A DNA stretch of 61,994 nucleotides, counting the filler, from Sphacelaria rigidula (taxonomy: Eukaryota): assembly GCA_964200075.2 (NCBI GenBank). It is 11 parts of 11 records of this genome, joined end to end, with 100 filler letters (N's around TTAATTAATTAA, not from the genome) between each part and the next. Parts side by side here need not be neighbours in the genome. Positions count along the whole stretch, not along the records: positions 11,291 to 16,835 come from CAXNAA020026462.1; positions 16,936 to 22,480 come from CAXNAA020026463.1; positions 22,581 to 28,125 come from CAXNAA020026464.1; 8 more parts are not named here. One strand, 5' to 3'. Shown one piece after another: positions 11,291 through 22,735 of the stretch (its first letter is position 1; each line of letters opens with the position of its first letter). The translations under genes and the position numbers were made by a program. The notes beneath the pieces are model-generated. The model had not been told where the DNA came from and did not search any database. It saw only the letters and a program-made list of their open reading frames with translations.

Positions 11291-13016
11291 CGGGGCGAAA
11301 AAGGGGACGGTTTTAGCCCGAAACTGGTGCTTTCGCATACACGCTTTGGGGGCACGAAAGACGGGCAACCCCCGAAAATAGTTTCAAGGAGGTCGGGGGG
11401 CATGAGGCCGTCCATATGAAATTCATTGGTGATGACTTCAGGTCAGGGAAAGCACTGTTTTCGAGTTGAACCTCACCCAAATGTTGACCCTCAAGAACGG
11501 ATGCAGGCTGTTTTGTGCCGATTCAATTTTGAAATGATGCCGAGTCAAGTGTGGAGCAGAAAAAGCCGTTGGGGAATAGAAGGCCCAAGCCGAGAGCACT
11601 TTCGCCGATTTTTCAGAACGCGCCATGAAACTCACACTGGATGACGATCTCGAGACTAATGATGACAATTCAAGTAAAAGTGATCCTAATTCGAAATCGT
11701 GAAAACCGGAACGATTCCAAATTCAACTGAGGTGTTTGAAGCCCCGCCTCGGGAGAAAACTGTGTTCTGTCAAGGTGACACGACGATCGACCCACGCATA
11801 AAAACATGCTCGAGGTGTTCAGGCCCTGCTCGGAAAGTAACTTTTCCCCAGCCGAGATGACACGCTGGTCGACTCGCACACCGTTATCTCGTTTTTATCG
11901 CACCTCGCCATGAACGTGATCAATTCTTATGCAATGATCAAGTGTAAATGATGCCGATCCCAGATCAAGCCACGCCACACCTTCGAACGGTTCGCTGAGA
12001 CGCTCAGAAAAGCCGTGCAGAACTCAGCACGAAGAGCAAATGGTACTCCGACGTTCGAAGGCACAGGAAAATCATGCGGAACACACCGCGGGAAACAAAT
12101 ATACTCCAGACCCACGCACCCTAATGCTAATGAAGTGCTAGGGAGGGGAGATCAGCGAAAAAGACTAATTAAATAAACATATCGAAACGCTGGCTTCAGA
12201 GAGCGTCGGGGAAGAAATGACACCAAAAGAAACGTGCTCTAGAGCCAAGTACATATGGAATGCTGCTTCGTGGGGCGAAGTGACACCTGCCTGCAGGAGA
12301 GGCGAACGACGACAAGAACAATTGATAGTACTTTGCTCTAAAATCAAGTAGATGCGGAATACTCGTCTGTGAGAGGTCGACAGCAAAATGACACCTGCCT
12401 TCAAGAAAGCGATTTAACGCAAACGTTAAATGTTGTAACTCTTATGGGTCGTCAGCTGCAGGGGCTTGACGATGCCTTGTTCCTGTCCTGGTATAGTCGT
12501 GCTCCTTGGATGTTCGTATGCTTGTCGTAATCTTTCGAAGTTGAAACGTGCACGGAATCGTGCTGGCAGAATAGCCCGACCCTGCCCTCCGGGACCTGCG
12601 CCGAAGCATACAAGAGATGAGGGACTCAAAAGGATATCTACACCACCGCGAAAAATTGGCATGCATCATGTTCTCAACTGCACTCCGTAAAATATCTGCG
12701 TGCGTCTCAAACTTCCCTTATACAGCAGCCCCGAGGTGAAACAATGTAACAAAAAGAAGGAACCCTCTGACGACATACAGTACATGAAAATCCCGCTGCG
12801 TCTCTTTACCGTGGCAAATGTTGATGTTCGCTGGCTGGTGCGCGCCTTAGTTCATGGTTTAAGGTGTTTTGGTTGTTGTCAACTAAGCAGCACTACAGGG
12901 GTCAATCGTTTTTTCCTGGGCGCCATGCATCCATCCCTACCATAACACGAACAATTAATCCACGCGTCTTCTCTTCCCCCCTCTTCCCCGCCGCACGCAC
13001 CGTACAATATCCGCAG

Positions 13017-13332
13017 GCGCGTCTTCGTGGTCTCGGATGCCGACCTGGTGTCCTACGGACGAAAGAAACTTCTGTCTTGGCTCATGGTTGCAACCGGGAT
13101 AGCCACGGTAGCATCGGTGCTCCTTCTAGAGCAATTCGTCGACCACAACTTGGAAGAAGGTGGCGGTGGCGGTGGAGGGCGAGATTGCGATAAAGACTGG
13201 TGCTACTCCAGGAGTGCGCTAGGGCTGTGGGAGTGGGCGTTGATAATCGAAGAGGCGGCGTTTTGCTTGCAGCTGAGACATGATCTTGCGCCGGCCACAG
13301 CCGGCGTCGGGGTGGAAAGCTTCGTGCTTTGA
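13017..13332 (+). CDS. Terminal exon of a membrane protein, probably Frag1/DRAM/Sfk1 (PGAP2/CWH43-N-like) family
   Basis: Pyrimidine tract plus CAG acceptor at 13016; open frame RVFVVSDADL...hydrophobic helix...CYSRSALGLWEWALIIEEAAFCLQLRHDL...TGA resembles the family's final 'EW' helix (recognised by eye, no HMM run). Confidence 0.6.
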
Positions 13333-16300
13333 CTGTGTCACGGAGTGGTGGAAGACATGGTATCGTGAGGTGTTGGAGCTTTTGTTACTTTTCCTTGTTC
13401 CACGTGTCTGGTTTGTCTTGTTCTCGAACTGAGGAAGGAAGGGAGGGGAGAAGGAGAACGTTAAAAGGAGTTGTGTAAGAGGCGGAAGATGATGGGCATC
13501 ATCGCACGGCGATTTGATTCACGCGCAATCACTCCACGTGTTGTATTCGCCGTCGTTCGACCGCGGCAGCATATCCAGCAAAGTTTTATCGTACGTTTTT
13601 GCGATTAAAGGTAATGCCGGTGTGACCAAGACTCTGGATTGCCTCCTGAGCTGGTCTGAGGCAATGTCATGGGCCTGAAGGACGATCCTCCTCGGCGCAT
13701 TTTGTACCCAGTTTGTTACCCACGGATGCCACACGATTGCCAGATGGCTGGTTTCGCCTGTGCAGTTTCGGCGCCGGAGTGGCACCGATTCAGCACTACT
13801 CCGCGTTCTTCCCACGCGACCAGTGCGCGCGCTCTATACTCTTTCCATACGGTGTTTTTTAGTGTGTGATCTCTTTCTTGGCGTACTGTGTTTATTTTAG
13901 TGTTTTTTAGCTGTGAGTTCACGAGGCGCTCCGGAGGAAGCAACAGCGGTTGAGGACATTTAGGAGTTGGGGTTATTCGTGACCAGCCGCCCTCTTACGT
14001 GAGTTGTCGCATACTGTTGACAGCGTGGTTTCATGGGAAATGTTTTAGATCATCTTTGTTCAGCGTAGTTTCTGATCTCAATGCGGCGTAGTTCATCTAA
14101 TTCCTTGTTTTTGCTGGGAGTGAGAACACGATACTCGCACATGCAACCAGCTACCGCGGGTACTGGGTGTATGCTCTGGTTGTTGAGTCTGAGTACGCGG
14201 ACGTGCGGTGCAGCACATAATTCATAAAAAGCCCCCGTCAACAGGGGATTTTGACAAGTAGGAACAGTTTTTGAACGGGAATGCACGGAGGTCGACATTG
14301 TTCGGTATAAACACGGGATGCTACCCATTGCGGCGGATTCTTTTGTGGATGAGCAAGGCCACACATCACGGCCGCAGAGTGCACTTGCATTTTTATTTTC
14401 AAAATATTTCGGTACTTTTCTAGGCTAGGTTTCCAAGGTTTATCCTCAAAACAAAATCTATCGTCAAGTTGTAAAATCCCGTGTTCCTTGGTGTTGAGGA
14501 ACACGTTCCGTGGAACGTGGGATTTGTTCCGATTACCAAGGTTGCGTAACCACAGGAACGCCAAGAAATTGCTCGTTACAGGTCTGTTAGTGTTGGTGTT
14601 GGTTCAAGAACTTTGATGCTGGGTTCGATTCATTAGGAATTCCTTGTTTTTGCAGTTTTGTGATTATTGTCATGTGTTCGCGTCATGTCCTCGTTTTTGA
14701 AAAGAAGGCGAAATTCCACGGGAATCTGCTGTGTGTTTTTCATCGTCGGGAAAATGTAGTCGGTGTGTTGTGATTTCGTTGTGATGTGGTGGATACTCAC
14801 CAAGTTATGACGTCAATGTGCGAAACAGATTTTCCTTCACCCATCACCCACTGCTCAAACCCTGTTTTCGTTTTCGTAGCCTGTGGGAGGTAACCTCTTC
14901 CTTGTTTCAAGAGCTCCTGTTTGACGTGTGCGCAGGCGCAGGTGAAATTCGAAAAAATGGTCATGTCTGCGTGTAGTCTACAGTACAGTATGCTAGATTA
15001 TTCAGCTTGTTCCGTGGTATGTATAGTGTACATACACTTCGACCGCAGATCTAGACAGGGCGATAGTAGACACTAGGCGCGTGCGTAGGTGTATTTTGTT
15101 ACCATTGACCTGGTTCCTGTTCTTTTTAGACGTGGTCATTGACATCGGATTCAGTCTTCTCGTAAAGATGTCTGGTGGTGCCGTGATGATCGTTCAGCTA
15201 TTTCCTTGCCACTCGTATTATTGACAACACTAGGACGATGCATGCCAGAGTATGATCGCAACTTGGCATCGCCTGAAGACGATGACGCTAAGCGAGCGCG
15301 CTCCCGCGGTTTGTGATGTGCAATCAAAACCCTCCCATCCGGCATGAGATTAACAGCTTGGGCGTTTCGTGGTGCCCCAACTACTGCATTTCTTCTCATC
15401 GTTTGGAACGAGATAGGTTTGCGGCAGGCATAAGAAAATCGGAGTATTCTTTACCGCCAAATACAAGCCTGCTACTCATGGTAGGAAAAGTGTCGTCGCG
15501 CAGCAGCTACACGTTCGGTGGAGAAGTCTAAAACAGGGATACTTTGGAGGTCTATTGTACGTCGGCAAGCTCATATACTGTAGTGCTTTGGTCAACCAGA
15601 GGTTGAAACGCTGGGTGGCAAATCATTGGAGATGGTGTTTGACACGTTGCTGCCGCGTTGTTGTCTAAAAAGCAGTATACCTGATTGGTGGTGTCGCTGA
15701 AGCTTACAGGGTTTCAACAGATGACCGATTCGCACGGGATCTTGCCGGTGGGTACGCGTCACATGCCACTAAGGTACCACCGCCATTATCTCTGGGACTA
15801 ACCGCACACCCTCACACTAACCCGAGCCCTGCTCCAATAGAAAGAAGATCGTCCTGTGGCATCTGGAAAGTACGCGAACAGAGGGAGCAGTCTAGAATAC
15901 CTACTTTGTTTGGCGCACCAGTCAACTAATTTAGCCGTGCGGTCGTGTATCAGATATTTTACCCCTGTTAGGGCGTCATCTTTCCCCCTGAAATCGTACA
16001 AGCCCGCTGACGAGACGAGGCTGTACCTGTATATATATTCCAACCGTGAAATGTACGTCTTAAGTTGAAATTGCGCCGGGCGATTGCTTGAACTCCGGTG
16101 GCCGAAATAGAGTAGTTTCCGCTTGAATGAATGAGCTCTCCATTTCCTTTTTAGGCTTCGCACACATATTATGGTGTTGTGTACGGGGCAAAATTGCCTG
16201 CAGAAGCGACACCAGAGAACGGACAAGCATGTTACGGCCATTTTCAACCTTGAGCGATTTGGAATGCTACCGCTCCGTGTGGGACTACGAGGCAGGTACC

Positions 16301-16629
16301 AGCAGGCGAGGTCTCTCCCTGTTTCGCCGGAACATCCACAATATGGGTGACTACTACAAGTTAGTGAATTTCAATCGATAATGTAAACGAGGTATGAACA
16401 CATACACTAACACGCAAACAACGCACAAAGCCCTCGAGGGAAAGATACGGGAAGCCGCCTATACGAGAGATCTTGCGAGGGGACACTCATCTTCCAGTGA
16501 ATCACGGTCTCAGGGAAGGACTGCTGATGCAGTGGTGAAAACGAAACTGCTAGCGCGGTTGCATGTCACGAAAAATTAGGCTGCGTGAAGCACGACTTGG
16601 TGTTGTTACAGTAGTACTATGTGACAACC

Positions 16630-16835
16630 GGGGGCGTACTCATTTGTTGCTTGCCTTAGTCGTTTGACCATTGACCACGCATCCCTTTCGAGACGGAGCA
16701 CCGTTCCTGCTCCTAATAGAGACATCTCCAACATTCTGGCGTTCACCATGTTTCTTCCGCAGCTCATCACGTTTCTTCCATACATTGAACAAAAACCTTT
16801 TACATATCTTATCCCCGTCCTATTTCGCCGTCTCT
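16630..16835 (-). mobile_element. LINE-B 3' end
   Basis: Reverse complement ends ggtgctccgtctcgaaagggatgcgtggtcaatggtcaaacgactaaggcaagcaacaaatgagtacgccccc. Confidence 0.88.
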
Positions 16836-16935
16836 NNNNNNNNNNNNNNNNNNNNNNNNNNNNNNNNNNNNNNNNNNNNTTAATTAATTAANNNNNNNNN
16901 NNNNNNNNNNNNNNNNNNNNNNNNNNNNNNNNNNN
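16836..16935. other. Artificial contig linker
   Basis: Same 100-bp unit. Confidence 0.98.
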
Positions 16936-16987
16936 AGTGGTAATCGCCGAGCGAGGACACGCAAAGGACACGGGCGAGAAGCTTCCT

Positions 16988-17146
16988 CTCTGTCGACTGC
17001 TGCAGAGATAGCCCCCCCCTAAACCGGCCAAGAACGTGCACGGAGGCGATGATCATAACTGCCGTTAAAGCTGGTTTCGTGCTGCACGATGCGACTGATT
17101 TGGGCGTTGTAGCTGATTTCAGACTGCTACACTCCTCTCATGTGGG
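16988..17146. repeat. Unclassified dispersed repeat (second copy 27971-28125)
   Basis: cgactgctgc.gagatagccccc...gtgcacggaggcg.tgatcataa.tgccgtta...ctctcatgtgg shared between contigs 4 and 5. Confidence 0.85.
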
Positions 17147-17326
17147 CGAAATTGCTGCAAACGAGCTCAATAGTGGGATCGCAGCCGGTTCGCTGGATGG
17201 TGCCGGTGTACTTTTTGTGGGGGGCTATCTCGGCATTAGTCTGTCGTTGATTCTCTCTCTGGTGGTATCGTCATCGACACGCGTGTACGCCGCATTCGTT
17301 GGGTGCAACTAGCCAGAGTTGCGTAA

Positions 17327-17530
17327 CCCTCAGACCGCAAGGTCGGTCTTCTGTTAAATCGGCATTAATTTCAAGTGAAGAAACGTATGCATGATCCACA
17401 AAGACTTATCTCGCGGTCTAAGGGTTAACGCTCGGACCGCGGTGTTGGTAGTCCATCTGGACCACGTGTACTTTTTCCAAGTGAATATTGATGCCGATTC
17501 AGCAGGTGACCTACTCTCGCGGTCTAATGG
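17327..17530. mobile_element. Two tandem piggyBac-like MITE units separated by TTAA
   Basis: gTAA|CCCTcAGACCGC...GCGGTCTAAGGG|TTAA|CgCTcgGACCGCG...CGCGGTCTAAtGG|cTAA. Confidence 0.65.
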
Positions 17531-17819
17531 CTAACTCCTCCTGCGGAGTTTCGGGGAGGAAGATACTTTCGCTCTGTGTTACTCTTTCGTATCTTCCTTG
17601 AAATATAGAAATGCGACTTCAGCCCCATTTTAGTGTTGAACCCCAAAATTTAAAATCGGCTGTTTGTTGACGTTTTGCCTGCAACGCGACTGTTATCAAT
17701 CGCAAGCAAATGTCTACGAGCTTCCATGCCTCCAGTCAACACAGCTGATGTCCTGGTTACCTACGTCACGCTCGTCCAAGTTACCCGCGGTCGGAGTTTC
17801 AGTATCCAAACGGATTAGC

Positions 17820-18290
17820 CAGCAGGCGCGTTTCTCTCTCACTACGAGGCCGTTCGCACCGTGCGATGGCTTGAACGATGGCCACAGATTGTGTGAGTGT
17901 ATTTCAGGTGCTGTAGTACCGATACAAGGTACATGGGACGAGCGCGGACAGGTATTCCGATCGCCGGTGGTGGGCATAAGAAAGCTATGTCCAAGTCGCG
18001 ACTTGGACATAGCTCATGTCCACCTCCAGTCGGGCGGCGGTAGCTTTTGGCACTTTGCAGCAGGCGCGTTTCTCTCTTGCTACGAGGCCGTTTGCACCGT
18101 GCGATGGCTTAAACGATGGCCACAGGTTGTGTGAGTGTATTGCAGGTGCTTTGGTGTCGATGCAAAGCACATGAGACGAACGCGGGCGGGTAGTCAAATC
18201 GCAGCTGGTGGTGGACATAACCATTCCCAAGTCGCGACTTGGACATAAGGTATGTCCAAGTTATGTCCAAGTCGCGACTTGGGAATAGCA
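17820..18290. repeat. ~240-bp tandem duplication, each unit ending in CCAAGTCGCGACTTGG palindromes
   Basis: agcaggcgcgtttctctct...tacgaggccgtt.gcaccgtgcgatggctt at 17821 and 18059; perfect 32-bp palindrome at 17983-18014. Confidence 0.85.
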
Positions 18291-18498
18291 TTACCCATAT
18301 AAATATATAGGTCGCTGTGAAGGAAGGAATCAAACGCAACGCTACAGTAGTGGAACGGTGGACAAAACGAAATGATCAAGGCGTGAGCCCGCCATACCAT
18401 ATGTCTTACACAATGGATATGTCTACTGCTGCCGAGCAACCGTACTAGTTGCCCGAAGTTTGCCGATGTGGAGAAGTCACGATGCCCTCGGAGTTTTT

Positions 18499-21400
18499 GA
18501 TTTGATTGATTGTCGCACTTTAACTGACCCCCCAGGGGTCCAGCCGTGGTCTCATGATAGACGTACCCAAGAAAAACGAATTTCAAACACGCTCTAAGGA
18601 AACAAAAAGCAAAAGGAAGAGAAAAAAAAGAACAGAAAGGAAAAGGAAAGAGAGAAGGGTCGAACAGAACGACATAGTAGACTAAGTTGTGAAAAAAAAA
18701 AGTAATAAAATTCAACACAAGCAAAGCACAGAAAGAAATGGCCGACCTGAAGCAAGAAAAAGGAAGACAAGAGGAATGTACAAAGGAAATAAATATTTAT
18801 GATGGAACAATGAGAAGAAAAAAAAAAAGCCAACGGGGCTCATGGCAGCAAAGTAGAAACAGACACACACCTGTGGGCACCGCGGAGCCACCGACTAAAG
18901 ACATAATCAACAGTCGATATGAGAGGACAGGATTTTCGGATTGGCAGCCCTCGACGTAGCAGCGTCTCGCTTGTGACGTCGGTCTGATTATCGCTTGTCC
19001 GCGCGTCGCCACGTGTCCTCAAACTCTTCCGCTCCCTTTTCGACTCCAGTATGCCATTTGCCCAGGTCCTTCGCCGCAGTGACCCAATCTTATGCATCGT
19101 TCACCTCTACACCGTAAACGAACCACATTCGTCGGGCTGCTTTGTGCGGGACAGCCCCTAGCCCACGTAGGTTCTCCTTTAGGGTATCCTCCCATTGCTT
19201 CGGGGGGCGGCCGACCTCTTTGGGTCCTCGTGTGGAAAGCCGACCTTTCATGACATGCTTGGGAAGGCGTGTGTCCTTCTGCCGAACAAGGGCTCCCGCG
19301 AACCAAAGTTGACGTTTGCGGATAGTCGTCTCGATACGTTCGCAGTTGGTCATCTCAAGCACCGCTCTGTACGAAAAAATCTTGCAGCCATTTCGATCGC
19401 TCCTGCGGAATCCAACCACTCGCAGCAAGAGCTTGTGATGGGCAGTGCACAGACTGTCGAAGTCCTCAGAACGTAGAGTCCATGTGGCACACCCATACAA
19501 CAGAGCTTCCACCACATCCGCCTTAAGCGGTCAAACGTTCAACGATAGCTCGGCGTTGGGTCGGTCGTAGAGTTGGGAGCTATATTTTTGGATACGCGCC
19601 CACGCCGCGCTGATACGCCGGTTAATTTCGGTGGACATTTTCGCACCCGCGCTGATAGCTCCACCAAGGTAGATGAACTTCCCCGTCTGCTTACACCGTT
19701 GACCGGCAGCTCTGATATCCAGGGTGGCCTCCGTGGAACTGGGTACTGACCAAAGGCGCATGGACCCTGTCTTGGTCTCGGAGACCATCAGGCCAAATTC
19801 CTGGCAGGTCATCACTATCATGGCCATCATTCGAGCAAGACCTTCTGAGGTCTTCGAGACTATACCGGCGTCGTCCGCATAAAGCATTGCCCACACCACG
19901 CGTCGCACCTTTTCCAGTGGTGTCTCTTCCACGGGTTCACCATCGACACCTTGTGGCGCATCATCTAGAAATACCAAGTCTGAGACGATGAGTGGGTCCG
20001 CCGCAAACCGTTGGACGATCACTTCCACCAAGCCTGCTCCGAAGATGTTGAACAGCAGCGGAGACGAAACGCAACCTTGTCTGAGTCCCTAGCAGACGTC
20101 AAACCACGCTGATAGTTCGCCACTATCTAGCTGTACTCGAGCTCGCATGCCGTCGTGAAACATACCGATGATCTTGATCATTCGCGACGGAACTCCGAAC
20201 CGAGCAAGCACTTCCCACAGGAGCGTGCGGTCTACAAAATCGTAGGCTTTCTGCAGATCGATAAAGCAAATGTTTATTGGGATGTTCCTCACCCGTCCCA
20301 ACTCCTTGAGTCGGCGTTCTACGAACATCATATCTATGGTCGATATTTGGCTCCTAAATCCACAATGCTCTTCAAGGAAGGCATCTATTTCCTCACAAAA
20401 ATCACCGAGCCTGCTGGCTACGATTTTGAGGAGAACTTTAGCAGTATGTGCCACAAGTGAAATGACTCTGTAGTTACCACACTGGGTCGTATATATATTT
20501 TTTGTGTAGCACTTTGATGGTGACATCTTTCCATTCTTGCGGCACCTCGCCAGATGTCCAAACCGCAGAGAAGATGTCGTGGAAGTGGTACAAAATGTCC
20601 GACGCCTCCCCGTTGATTCCAAGCTTCAGGGTTTCAGCGGTAATACCATCTAGACCGCTTGCTTTGCCGTTCGACATAGCTGTCAAAGCCTCCACAGTTT
20701 CACTTGGGCTTGGTAGGTCTCCTAGTGACAACGCTATTGGTCGTTGAGCAATTTTATCAATGATGGTGCGGTCGATAGTTGCCGATATGGCGTTCAGCAA
20801 TGTAGAAAAGTAACGTTCCCATCTCCCACTGATCAAACCTCTGTCCCGCAGTAAATTGCCGTCCCCATCTCGAATGTATTGTTCATTCTTGATTGGTCGT
20901 CCAGACAGTCTCCACCCTCCGTTGAGATGTCTGTACCATCCTCTAATGTCCCCCGCTCGGATATGCTCATCTAGTTCTCTAGCATACACATCCATATATT
21001 TGTCAACTCCAGCTTGGATCATTTCAATTTCTTTCTTTGCATGCTGTTCGCAATGTGCGCCATGCGAGTTTATCTCGAGATGACCCCAGTCTCACCGTTG
21101 ATTTCGCCCTTTCTCTCCCCATCCAAGCGAGTTCGAATTCCGCTTAGATTTCAGCATCCTCGAACGACCCCTGTATACGTGGCTTTCGGGTCAGGCGGGG
21201 TACCGCCTTTTCAGCGGCACTCAAGGGCACGTCGGCAAAGTTCGTAGCCAGTGAGCTGACTGTATCACCAGGTATATTATTTTCGAGCTCGCTGATGATG
21301 AGCTGGGTGAGCTGCTCACGTCTGACGGGGTCAGATACTATTGCCCGTCTGTCGATCGGTGTACGCCCAGTTGAGATTCGCCTAGGTCTGTTGTGTGCGA

Positions 21401-22480
21401 AGCGACCAAGGAGCCGTACTGAGGCGCACACGATGTTCTGGTCAGAGTCCGGCGAGTAGGGGGGTTGAAGGTGAACGGACACATTGCGAACGAGCCTGCG
21501 GTAATCTTGCCGTGTGATGATGTAGTCAATGCGTTTTCTATCCGCGGGGCGATTTGCAACACCGTTGAACGTACGCGAGGTGTTTCCCTTGGGGCTGGAA
21601 AAAAACGTGTTGACCAGCGAAAGCTTGTTGTCGCCTGCAAATTGTACTAGAGAATTGCCGTTACCGTCGTTGGATCGGGAATCTCGATCGTAAGCTCCTG
21701 AAACGTACCTTCCTCCTCGCCTGTTCGTCGTCCAGTCCTCGCGTTACCGTCCATTAAAATAAAGAGGTGATGCTTATGGGGGATACCGCTCACAATGACG
21801 TGTAACTCAGCCCAGAACACATCTCTCTCTTCTCTTGATTGTGGAGTCTGTGGGGGCGTATGCAACGACAAACGTGGCAGCATTTGAGTTACCCGCTGGG
21901 TTGAAAGTCATCGACATGAGGCGTTCGCTGATGAGTGCCTGAGTCCACGTCGCCTTGCTGATGATCGACTCCTTGACTGCCAACCCAACCCCATGTTGAC
22001 CAGCCCTTCCCTTGCCTTCCTCTGTCCCGCAACAAAAAACGCGGTATCCCGCCGCAGAAAAGTCGGACCTACCTGGTCTCCTCGTTTCCTGTAGCCCGAT
22101 GACATCACATCCGACTGCCTGACATTTTTTCAGGACCACCTCAGCATGACCCGCTCCGTTCTTTCCCGTGAGGGACAGTGTACGGATGTTATAGGTGGCC
22201 ACTTTGAGCTCCCCACTACGTGTCCTAGCTTTAGCCTTCTCCATGTCCACGCGTCTTTCTCTTTGTTCTGCTCTCCTTTTTGGTCTGTTGCGCCTTCTAA
22301 TTTACGAGCGAGCTGTTGTTTCTGTTCCGATTTTGCTTCGGCACGTCTATCACGGTACTTGCCTTGCTCGTTGGTCTCGCGGGAAGGGTGCAGCCTTCCC
22401 ATCCCGCGTCGGCCGCTGCCTCCAGTCCGCCGAATCTGATACTTACTCACACGTGCCCCATCTCCATCAACGTGCTTTCC
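18499..22480 (-). mobile_element. RTE-type non-LTR retrotransposon, near full length, frameshifted (APE endonuclease + RT)
   Basis: LKVATYNIRTL and DVIGLQETRR (APE); FIDLQKAYD, QGCVSSPLLFNI and MLYADDAGIVS (RT); LLYGCATWTL; 3' UTR ends in (CAAT)n; several stops and frameshifts. Confidence 0.95.
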
Positions 22481-22580
22481 NNNNNNNNNNNNNNNNNNNN
22501 NNNNNNNNNNNNNNNNNNNNNNNNTTAATTAATTAANNNNNNNNNNNNNNNNNNNNNNNNNNNNNNNNNNNNNNNNNNNN
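22481..22580. other. Artificial contig linker
   Basis: Same 100-bp unit. Confidence 0.98.
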
Positions 22581-22605
22581 TCCCCCCCTATCGTAGGGTG
22601 ACTCT
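22581..22605. repeat. Terminal motif AGAGTCA(T/C)CCTACGATAGGGGGGG of a probable DNA transposon
   Basis: Same motif at 33901-33934 and, in the opposite orientation, 61948-61980; always next to a contig edge. Confidence 0.7.
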
Positions 22606-22735
22606 GAAGCACCCGCTGAAGAAAAGAAGGAACATTATAAAAAAGTCGAACATAACGACATAGTAGACTAAGACGTAAAATAATAATAATAATAAGAAGA
22701 AAAAAAGTCAACAAAAGCAATGCACAAGACTAAAG
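22606..22735 (-). mobile_element. RTE 3' UTR fragment
   Basis: gtcgaaca.aacgacatagtagactaag matches 18659-18686. Confidence 0.7.

Noticed and set aside
16008..16060. Hammerhead ribozyme (CTGACGA...GAAA)
   Set aside because: Stem II does not pair in the required register and stems I/III are unconvincing.
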